The translations under genes were made by a program, and so were the position numbers. The notes beneath the pieces are model-generated. The model did no database searches and was not told the DNA's origin. It saw only the letters and a list, made by a program, of their open reading frames with translations. Of a stretch of DNA of 64,000 nt, positions 48,701 to 60,700 are shown piece by piece (within the stretch, counting starts at the first letter, position 1; every line of letters begins with the position of its first letter). Source of the DNA: Candidatus Pacebacteria bacterium CG_4_9_14_0_2_um_filter_40_15 (GTDB lineage: Bacteria; Patescibacteriota; Microgenomatia; UBA1400; PJMF01); contig PFRS01000001.1 in assembly GCA_002788675.1 (NCBI GenBank), forward strand, positions 170,308 to 234,307, in the 5' to 3' direction.

Positions 48701-51700
48701 CAAATATTCTTAACTTCTTTACCAATAACACTGAGCAAGTGCGTATCGCATCGGATGGCAACGTCGGCATCGGCACCACAAACCCTCAAGAAAAATTAGA
48801 TGTCTTGGGTGATGTGCGAATTAGAAACACTTCAACTAACACTTATTACTTTAACTACAACACCGTGCATGGTGATGGCCGCCAAGAGCTAGAACATATT
48901 GGCGCTGGAGGAACTAGTAGAGTTTTCGAGGCAAATGGTGGTAGAGCCATAGGATTTGGCCCAGAATGGGGAGCATCTGCTTGGGGAATCACTGCTCCTA
49001 TCTTAACAACTTCTAACTCACTTGCTTTAGTTGGTCACATAGTAGGTGGCGGTTTGATCACGAGCGGTACCCATAAAAGTTTGCTTATTGGTACGCCAGA
49101 ATCAAGTCCCACCACAGGTTATGGTATTACTGATACTATCGACCTAGGAACAGTATCATTTGCCTCAAATACTTGGTCTGGAACTCGCCCTGCAATGAGG
49201 TATACCGCTTCTGAACACAATTTCAGAGTTAACTCTGGTACAGGAAATACTAACCCAGGAACTTCAGCTCTCTTTATTGATGCAAATGGAAACATCGGCA
49301 TTAGTTCTGAAACCCCAATCGGTTTATTCAATGTTGATGGCGCCGCCATCGGCAAAGCCCTCGTCATCCTCAATGAAACCGGCAACCAAGACATCATCGC
49401 AGCAAGTGCCAGTGGCGTAACCCGCTTCCGCGTTGCACAAGATGGCTATGTCTACGGTGAGCGCTTCACCGACATTAGCAACAGCACCTACTACGTTGAC
49501 CCTGCAGCTGTAACCACTTCTGCAATTCTTAATGGAAACGTAGGTATCGGAACAACTACAGCCAACTACACTCTCGACATAGACGGTGAACTCAATCTAA
49601 CGGATGCCATCCGTGTTGCAGGAGACGCAGGCACCTTGGGTTGGTTCCTCACTTCATCCGCTGGTGGAGTTAACACCTGGACCGACCCTGCCAGCATTAC
49701 TGGTGCTGGCTACTGGGCTGAAACAGATGGCGTGCTGCATCCAAAGTCTCCTTATACCAGTGTTGTCGACCTCGCTCTTGGTGGAAATTCTACTGCGAGT
49801 GCAAATATTCATCTTCAATCTAATGGTAAAGCTTACTTTGCGGGGAATGTGGGCATTGGTACTAACTCTCCTATCGGCCTTCTTAACATCGAGGGAGCCG
49901 CCACTGGCAAAGCCCTAGCCATCCTCAACGAGACAGGTAATCAAGCAATCTTCACCGCAAGTGCAAGTGGCGTCAGTAAGGTTACTATTGCTAACTCTGG
50001 TAATGTTGGTATTGCAACCACAGCTCCTCAAGAAAAGTTGGTTATTGCGTCTACTGCTGATCAAAATACTAGATTACATCTAAAAGAGACGGGGATAAGC
50101 TGGTCAAGACCAATCGACGGCTTTTACGGATGGTCGTCCACAGCGGGATCAACTTCAATTACCTCAGATAATGATGTGAGTAACACTCCTGCCCTGACTT
50201 ACAATGCTTATACAAATCACATCTTCCAAGTAAACCAAGGCACACTCTCTCAAGGATTGTTTATTGGAAGAGACAGTACCAGCGGCTTTGCCAAAGTTCG
50301 TGTTGGTACAGGAAGCACGAGCGCCACATCCTCACTACTCAGTGTTAATGGTAGCGCAACTATTGGAAATGGTTACATCAGTAGTACAGCTCCAACAAAT
50401 GGCTTACTTGTTCAAGGCAATGTGGGCATTGGCCTTACAAACCCATCATATCTACTCCACGTAAATGGTGCTTCACAAATTGATACTCTGCGCATTGATC
50501 AAAACGCTAGTAATACTCGCCTTTTTACAGGTGCCACTTTAGAACTTCAATCAAATATTGGTGGAGCATCATCTGCTGTTAAGATCAGCAGAAACGGTGG
50601 AACTGCTATGAGTTCTGGTTACACATTACTTGAGCTAGGTGGATCCGATATTGCTTCCATGCCATCAGATGGATACTTACTAAAAGCGTATGATAAATTC
50701 GTTATTCAGGGTTCTGGCAACGTCGGTATCGGCTCAATCACCCCTGCCTACAAACTCGACGTTACTGGCGACATTAATTTGACCGGTGCCCTTCGAGTAG
50801 CTGGCGATGCAGGTACGAGCGGGTACATTTTAACCTCAACCGGAGGCAGTGCTAACCAATGGACAAATCCAGACGATATCTTCACCGCTGGCCTCTGGAA
50901 AGAAACAAATGGTGTGTTTCATCCAAAGACTCCTTACACTGACGTTGTTGACCTTGCATTGGGTGGTAACTCGACTGCGAGTGCAAATATTCATTTGCAA
51001 TCTAATGGCCAAGCATATTTTGGAGGTAGTGTCGGCATAGGCTCCACAACTCCAGGAACAACCCTCGATGTAACAGGCACCGGCCGCTTCTCTAGCACTC
51101 TGACCGCTTCCAATGGCCTTACTCAAACAACAGGTGCTCTTAACTTGACTGCTACCAGTGGAGCTCTCAGCTTATCTGGACTAAGTGCTTCTTCTATAAA
51201 TACTGGCGCTAATGCTCTTACCTTTACATCTAGTAACTTCAACACGACTGGTACTGGTATCAACACCACAAACATTGGTGCTACTACAAGAGGTACCGGT
51301 GCATTCACAACTCTTGCTGCTAATAGCACAGTTACTCTTACTGGAGTAGCAACTGGCACAGACAACACCGTCCTCGTTCTTAACGGTTCTAACCAAGTGA
51401 TTAGTGATGAAATTGATCCTAGAGTCTGGGGTACTACTTTAGTTGATGGTTCTGGTACTACTAACTATCTACCTAAGTGGACTCCAGATGGAGATTCACT
51501 TGGCAATTCTATTGTCTATGACAATGGTACTAATGTAGGAATTGGAACAAACAATCCAGGTGGTAAATTGACAGTTGCAGGATCAACAGGTATTTCGAGA
51601 TCTGTAAATATTGATAATAGTGAAATTAAATTTAGAGGTGATGGAGTTGCTCATATCTCAATATTTGGCCCAGATACAGGCAGATCAAATCTTCAAATTA

Positions 51701-54700
51701 ATGTGACGAGTGCAAGCGCTCTTATGGGAACAATTGGAACAAATATAGCAACCTTTGCAACTACTGGAAATGTCGGTATTGGAACAACTGTCCCAGGAGC
51801 TAAGTTAGCAGTTTCAGGGGGGAATATCTTACTTGATGCTGCTCAATGGATTGGTACTGGAATTGGAAATGGGCTTGAGTTAGGTTCTGGATCAACATAT
51901 ACAGCAAACAACGCTTTAGGTAACGTTCTGGTTAATATAGATAGTAACAATAATGCTACAGCCTCATATTTTGCAGTCGCAAAGGATAACACTGGAACTT
52001 CAGGAACTGAGTTATTTAGAATACAAGAAAATGGTAACGTCGGCATCGGCTCCGCAACTCCAGCATACAAACTCGACGTCGTCGGTGACGTCAGTCTCTC
52101 AGGTGCAATCCGCGCCGGAGGTGATGCTGGATCTAGCACTTTCCTACTCACTTCAAGTGGTGGCGGTGTTAACACATGGACAGATCCTGCTGACCTAACC
52201 GATGCAGGTCTTTGGAAAGAAACAAATGGCGTCTTCCATCCAAAAACTCCTTACACTGATGTTGTTGACCTTGCACTTGGTGGTAACTCTACTGCGAGTG
52301 CAAATATTCATTTGCAATCTAATGGCCAAGCATATTTTGCTGGCAATGTAGCAATTGGCACCACCAGCCCAGTTTCTATTGGCGGAGCACAAGTACTTAA
52401 TGTGTATGGTACAGGTGGAGCAAATGTAGTATTAGGCGGCAATAATGGTGTGGTTGGAGGTACTGCAGGCTCTGTTCAGTATGGTGGTAGAACTGCTATT
52501 TACTTTTCAGTTGGTAACAATAACTATGTTAATGGTAACGACAGAGTTGCTACAATTAACGCCAGTGGAAACTTTGGAATCGGCACCACCTCACCAATCG
52601 GCAAGCTCAATGTAGAAGGCGCAGCAATTGGCAAAGCCCTCACCATCCTCAACGAAACCGGAAATCAAGATATCCTGGCTGCAAGTGCTAGTGGCACAAC
52701 TCGCTTCCGCATTGCTCAAGATGGACACGTCTATGGCGAGCGTTTTGTTGACATAAGTAACAGTAGTTACTTTGTTGACCCTGCTGCAGTTACAACATCA
52801 GCCATTCTAAACGGTAATGTAGGTATTGGAACAACTACCGCTAACTACACACTTGATGTTGATGGTGAACTCAACCTCACGGATGCTCTGCGCGTTGCAG
52901 GAGATGCCGGCACAAGTGGCTACTTCCTCACATCTTCCGCCGGCGGAGCTAACACCTGGACAGATCCAGCCAGCATCACCGGAGCTGGTTTTTGGGATGT
53001 TACTTCAAATGTACTGCATCCTAAGTCTCCATACACCGGCGTAGTTGATCTTGCAATTGGTGGTAACTCCACAGCTAGTGCAAACATTCATCTTCAATCT
53101 AACGGACAGGCATACTTTGCAGGAAATGTTGGCATTGGCACCAGCACCCCAAACACAGCAAAACTTGTACTAAGAAATTCTAGCACTGAAGATATCTTTA
53201 ACGCATTTGATGCCGGTACGGAAGTGATGACTATTATAGATGGAGGAAATGTTGGTATTGGCTCTATAGCTCCAGGAACAACCTTTGATGTAACAGGCAC
53301 AGGTAGATTCTCAAGCACCCTGACACTTAACGGCGTAGCAGCTGGCACAGATAACACTGTCTTAGTTCTCAATGGCAGTAACCAAGTAGTACAAGATGAA
53401 ATTGATGCTAGAGTCTGGGGCACAACTCTTATAGATGGATCTGGAATTGCTAACTATGTAGCCAGATTCACTGATGCAGACACTCTCGCCACAGGCGTAC
53501 TCTATGATAATGCAACAAATGTTGGTATTGGCAGCACCTCACCAACAAGCAAACTCGACGTCCTTGGCGCCATCAACGCCAGCGCTGGCTACTACTATGG
53601 TGGAACTGGTTCTCCACTTTCTGTTGAACTGACTCGCACCGTTCCAACTACTGTTGATGACTATGTTGAAATTGGTAACTTTAATTTAGCAAATGGCGCA
53701 CATAACTATAGAATATCTGTAACAGTATCAGATACAGCCTTTTCAGTTTCAAAACAATATATTGTTCCAGTTAACTATAACGGTACCGCTAACACCTATA
53801 AAACACTTCTTCCAACTGTTGATGGAGGAGCTTATTCAGGAAATAACTACGAAGTTGACCTGAATTCAAACGCAAACGTAGCAACGTTACGCATCAGAAG
53901 AACACAAGGTACAACAGCTGGAACTGCTTACGTAAGAATTGAATCAGTCGGCAAAACAACAGATGTCTTCACAGCCAGCTCTGCCACCGGCAGCACTACT
54001 GCTCCAACCGCTTACTACAACCCACTAACTCAGAATGTGGCTACTGGTAATGTGGGTATTGGCACTGCTTCACCTTCAGAAAAACTTGAAGTATATGGCT
54101 CAGCTGCAAATATTGAAATCACAGCTTCCTCTGGAAATGGCGGCATTCGATTTGCCAATGCTGCTGGTCGTTTCCAAACATATTTAGATGGTTCAACAAA
54201 CAACTATGTTATAGATAGTCTAAACGGCGGCATCAGCCCAAGTTTAGCAGTCGCATACACAACTGGCTATGTCGGCATCGGCACCACCGCTCCAGCAACC
54301 CAGCTCGAATCAAAATCACTCACAGGTGTTAACAACTACTTCCGCCTTAACACCACCGATGCTGATAACGCCACCTCTGCAAATCACCTTCAGTTTGCAG
54401 AAGCAGATGTGGTCAAATGGGACCTCAAAACCATCGGAAATAACGCAGATCGGCTGATTTTGGATAGTGCTAGTGTTAGTGATGTTATGACTTTCAACCA
54501 AGATGGAAATGTTGGAGTTGGAACTACAGCTCCAGCAAATTTATTTGAAGTAAATAATGGCATCCTGTCAATTAAAAATGATTCAACCTCACCAGAACTC
54601 AGAATAGAAAGAGTTGGCTATAATTACTGGAGATTCTTTAACTCTGCCGGTCATTTTTACACTCAACCAAGTAGCGGCAGCTCAGACTACTCAATTCGAG

Positions 54701-57700
54701 ATGCATCAAATACTAGTTTATTTATAGTTAAAGGAAACGGAAATGTTGGTATTGGCACCACGGGACCAGGTGCACGCCTAGACGTTTCTGGCAGTGGCAC
54801 AAATAGTAAATCTCTCATCCTGCGATCTGGAGAAGGCACCTCTGGATTTGGAGACAGCGAGCAAATCCAATTTGCATACAATGGCGGAATCGAATATTCA
54901 CAAGCTATTCGAACACGCCATAACTCCTCTGCCGACAGTGGCAACTCAATCGATTTCTACACCTGGGACTTCGGCACCGATGCTGTTGGCGATGCAGGCA
55001 CCCTCCACTCCATGAGTATCAACGGTGGCAACGTCGGCATCGGCTCCCTCAACCCAACAGCAACCCTGGATGTGGTCGGTTCAATCAACTTCAACGCCAC
55101 CACCATAACCTTCGACGACACCAACCTCAGTTCTGCCATAACCCTAACAGACGTGGATACAGGCTTTGACAGTGCCGACACCGGCATAGTCGACGCCATT
55201 AACACTGCGTACAACGCAGCCATTGGCTCATCTGGTAGTGGTGGAATGTGGACAGACACAACTCCTGGTGCAGGCTCTGGAATCATCTACCCAAGCAGCG
55301 CTACCGACGACTTTGCAGTAGGTGGAACTGCCCTTGCTGCTGCCTTCTCGGTTGATGAGTCAAACAATCTTGTCAGAATTGGTGATGGAGCTGGATCAAG
55401 TGGATCACTTAATATGTACTCAAGTGGCGGTGATACTGGTTCAATAGTCTTTAATACTTCGGATCAATGGGATTTTTCAGGTGGGGATGTTGACTTCAAT
55501 CAAGGTGTCGCAATTGGTCCAGGAATTGGAGAACCTGCTACAGACAGAACACTCGCGGTCGGCACCAACTTTGCTGTAGACAATACCACCTACGAAATCT
55601 ACTCCTCAAGCACTATTACTTCACCAACTTTAACTGCAGATAGAACTTCATACGGTATGTATATGAACATGATAAACAATAAAACTGAAGACATAGCTGG
55701 TGGCTTTGATTCAGACGCCTATGGTGTGTATGGAAACGTCTACACAACTGGAACAAGCACCTTCAGAACTAACACCGGTGTCTACGGATATGCCAGAAAT
55801 GACAGTACTGCGACTGCAGATCTTGGTACCCTAACTGGTACCTCAGGTATTGCCTACCAAAATGCTATTTCTGGAACTATCCCAACAGCTTATGGTTTAT
55901 ATGGAGCAATCCAGGGTGATACTGGAGTTGGTTCAACAAGCATCATTACTCAAGCATATGGAAACTATAATCAGGTATACGCTTACAATTCAACGATTCC
56001 AACAGCATATGGTAATTTCAATAGAGTTAGAACAATTAATTCTTACTCTGGAGATATTACAAATGCATATGGAACCTACAACGAAGTTTATGTTGATTCT
56101 GACGTGGGTGGAGATATAACAAACGGCCGAGCTGGATACTTCATCACCAACAAACGCGCGACTGCAACTAACATGACCAATGCATACGGTGTGTATATTG
56201 ACGCAAATTCTGGAACCACAACCTACGGTGCAGCAATTTATGCCGATGATGTCAATGCGACCAACAACTACGGCATCTACTTGAATGCCCTCAACGCCTC
56301 AGCTCAAAACTACGGCATTTGGGGCGATTCTGGTGACTGGATTCTTGATGCAGATGGTGATGGCATCGCAGGTGGCACCGGTGCCGGTGGCGATTTAGTA
56401 CTTGGAGAAAGCCAAGACTTCGAACTCTACCACGATGGCACCAACTCTTATGTTAATAACCTGACTGGCGACCTCTATATCCAAAGTGGCAGTAATGATG
56501 TGATTTTGGCAAATACTGGAGGAAGTGTGGGTGTTGGAACAACTAGTCCTGCTGCCGTTGCTTTCTTTGGTGGTGGTAAAACGCTAAATCTATCTGATAC
56601 TTCCACAAATTTACCAAATATTAGATTGCAGAATGCAACGAAAGATTTCACACTGGGTGTAGATGGACAGGCTGCATATATGTATAGCGCAAGTGCATTG
56701 GATTATAGGTTCTATACTAGCGGAACGGAAAAATTCCGCATCGCTACCTCCGGAAACGTCGGTATCGGCTCAACCTCACCTGGCTATCTCTTCGACGTAG
56801 CCGGTGGCACCGGCATCGTTGGTCGCTTCTCTGGCAGAGTAATCGGTGCAGATGCTGTTAACTCTGATGAATTTGTTACTTTAAGCCAGCTTACGAGTGG
56901 CACTGGTTCATACTGGACCAGAACTGGCACAAACCTCTTGCCTACTACAGCAGGTGATGATGTCTACTTACCAACAGGATCAGTCTTAGGCGTAAACTAC
57001 GACCCATCAACTATTACTGGCGGCGTAGCCGCATTTAATGGGAATGTGGGAGTTGGAACAATAACTCCAGGACAACTTCTTGATGTGGTAGGAGAAATCG
57101 AGCTGGCTAACTACATCTACTTTGCAAATGCAGCTACCGAGTATCTACAATGGAATAGCTCGGACTTTATCCTTTCGGACGACCTACTGGCTGCTTCAAA
57201 TGGTGCAAGTAACCTAGGTGCAGACGCAACTCGATGGGGTGGTGTGTATGTGGGTAGTTCGAATGTACATATTGGTGCTACTGGAAATGAAGGTATCGTT
57301 GGGTACGACACTACCAACAGCTGGTTAACTTTTGATTCAAATGGAGATGGTGCTCAAGAAATGAAAATTGAGAGTGCAGGAAATGTAAGTATCGGAACAA
57401 CCAGTGCCTTAAGTGCAAAATTCTACGTGCACTCCGGAACACTCGATAACGTCGCTAGTTTTAGAAGCGGCGATGACTTAGCTCGTTTTGAAGTACGCGA
57501 TAACGATGGCGGTGGATTCTTTAATGTAAAAGATCAGTACGTTTCTATTGGTGGTGGAAATTCGTTGAGTATAGAAAACGTTAATATTGATACAGCCAAT
57601 GGAAACGTTGGTATGGGAACAACTGGTCCTGGCGCAAAACTACATATTAGTGGGGCTGCTGCAAACACCTTTATAGATGGCGACAGTGCAAGTGGAAGTC

Positions 57701-60700
57701 AGATGACCATACGAGGATACACCAACACAAACAATCGTCTCTACATCGGCTATAACACAACTTCTGATTACGCAAGAATTCAAGCAATTACAGAAGGCAC
57801 TTCTGTTCGTCCACTGGCTCTACAAGAATCTGGCGGAAATGTTGGAATTGGAATCACTGCCCCAACTGCCCTCCTCCATACTCTAGACGGAGATATTCTC
57901 TTTGATCGCGCCTCTGTTGGCATCACCCAAGATACTGCCTCGGATAGAAATGCCAGGTACCTTAGTGTTCTCCAAGATCATATCGATGTAGAAAATAGTG
58001 ATGGCGCCTATGTCATCACCGTTCCAAACACAAGCAACACTATGATGAACATTAAAATTACTGGCTATAACTACAACAGCACGTCTGGTGCATGGGAAGT
58101 CATCATCGGCGGATACTGGTACGACACCGGTGACGCATGGATAAATACCTCTGTTGAAATCAAAGGTAAAGCACCATTCAACCGTGTTCGCTTAATGAAA
58201 AATGGCACAACTCCAGTCATCGTGCTTGGTAATGATACCGATGTCGACAACTGGGATGCTCCACAGATTAATGTAGACGTTGATATTGCTGGCTACAGCG
58301 GTCAGACAGGCCTAGCTACTGGCTGGTCAGCCGCCCTCAGCACCGATATTTCTGCCCTTACCGCAGATGACGAACCAGCAATTGCCTACTACTGGAACAG
58401 TGCTGGAAACCTGGGCATTGGCACCGTTAACCCAGCTGCATTTAAACTCGAAGTTGCCGGAAATGTTGGACCAGCCGCAGATAGCTTATACAGTCTTGGC
58501 AGTGACACAGTTAGATGGCAACACATCTATGCAGACCAACTACATGTACCAACAATTACTGGTGTTGCCGGCATCTGGGACACCGACCTCGACACCGGCA
58601 TCCAACTTGAAGAAATCGCTGACGAAGACAAGATCCGCTTCGACACCGCTGGTAGCGAACGCATGATTATTGGTGCTGATGGCAATGTGGGTATTGGTTC
58701 AACCGCTCCAACCACGCTCTTAGACATTAAGGGATACAAACCAGGCGAAGCATTAGTAAAAATTCAAGATACCACTGGCACCCTCGAAGACTACGTAAGC
58801 GTCGCATCTTCATCTGGCGCACTCATGTTCCGCATGGCTCACAACGGAGATTTTTACGCACAAAAGTTTATTTCTCGAAGCAACAATGCCTACTTCCTCG
58901 AGCCATCCAGCATCGCCCATGGCGCAGCCATCTACGGAAACGTGGGCATCGGCACCAGCTCTACTCCAAATGCAAAACTGCATGTTCAAAATTCTGGTAC
59001 TGAGGATATTCTTAACCTTTTTGATGGATCAACCGAAGTCTTAACCGTCCTCGATGGTGGAAATGTGGGTATTGGAACAAACGATCCTACAACAAAACTT
59101 GATGTATACAAAGCGGCCACTGGAACTGCACTAAGAGTGGTAGGATCAGCAGCTGGAAGTACTCAAGATACCTCCATAGATTTAGCATTAATGAATGCCG
59201 TCACCGCAAATTATGGACGTATCGGCATCCAAGCGACAAACGGAGGAACAGGAATAGAGTCAGGAGATATGTATTTCAGTACGGTTCAAAATGGAACTTT
59301 AAGTGAAAAAATGAGAATTATTGGTAATGGAAATGTTGGTATAGGAACAACCGGCCCAAGCCAATTGATGCAAATAAATTCAGGTTCCGATTTGAATTTA
59401 CGCATCTCAAAATCCACTTATTCAGACAATTTTGACTTTGGTATATCCGGCCACACAGCAACCATTGGCTACACTGCAGGTACCGCTACGGATTCAAATA
59501 TTGATATTTCTACAAACGGAACCAGAAGAATGTATCTCACCGACGATGGAAATGTCGGTATTGGAGAAAACACCGCCGTGTCAGCAAAAGTTCATGTTCT
59601 TGAGGCAAGTCCACTTGGGGGAAGTGTTAAACAAATTATCCAAAACATAACCACAAATGGTTGGTCAGGATTAACATTCTGGGACGAAGGATATAGTGAA
59701 GTTTCTCGAATTCATCACTTTAACTCAAGCTGGGCTACATCTGGAGCATGGGAAACTGATGCACTTGCAATTGCTAACAACATTGAAGGAATTAACCTCG
59801 TTGCCGATGGTGCCTCTGGTGATATCGAATTCTTTACTGGTGGCCAGAACCGAAGAATGATTATTCAGAGTGATGGAAATGTCGGTATTGGAACAACCAC
59901 AGTAGTATCCAAACTTCAATCTTCTGGAGCTGCTCAAACAACCTCGCCTACTGGAGGAAGTGCAGCTGGCACTGGATTATATATTACAAATACCGACGCT
60001 AATTACGGAATGATGTTTGGTGTTTCAAGCAGTGGTACTGGCTGGATTCAACAACAAAGAAGCAATGCTGTTAATACACAGTATCCTTTATTACTCAATC
60101 CAATTGGTGGAAATATAGGTATTGGAACAACCACAACAAATCAAAAACTTACTATTGGCGGCGCAGGTGCGGTCCTCGGTGTCGACAATACCGCAATCTT
60201 CCAAGCAAAAAACTCGGGTGGAACTTATGAATCTTTCCTTTGGCCTAGATGGAGTGATAATGTTACGTATCTTAATTACGGAACTGGCGGCTTTAATATT
60301 AGAAATAATACCAGTACATCATCTATTTTTGTTAAAGATGATGGGAATGTAGGTATCGGCAACATTACAAACCCAACACAAAAGTTGCAAGTAAACGGTG
60401 TTGGAATGTTCGGCACAGCAAACGTGAGTGAAGTTTTGTTAGGAATGACTGCCAACACAACCGGTCACGAAGGACTTTCGCTCTATCATAATGGGTCGGC
60501 AAGCTTTATTGAATCTATCGATGCTTCGGTTGCATGGCATGATATGACTTTTAGAGGTAGCAATTTCACTTTTTCATCTGCTGGTTCTGGTAATGATTTT
60601 CATATTGGTTCAAATGGAAACATTGGTATCGGCACAACTGCATCATCTGATAACAAGCTTACAATTATCAGTGATGTAACTGCTCCTTCATTCACCAACC

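Noticed and set aside
47970-53560. Diversity-generating retroelement TR/VR pair
   Set aside because: Differences between repeats are not adenine-specific, all copies are in frame, and no reverse transcriptase is in the window.
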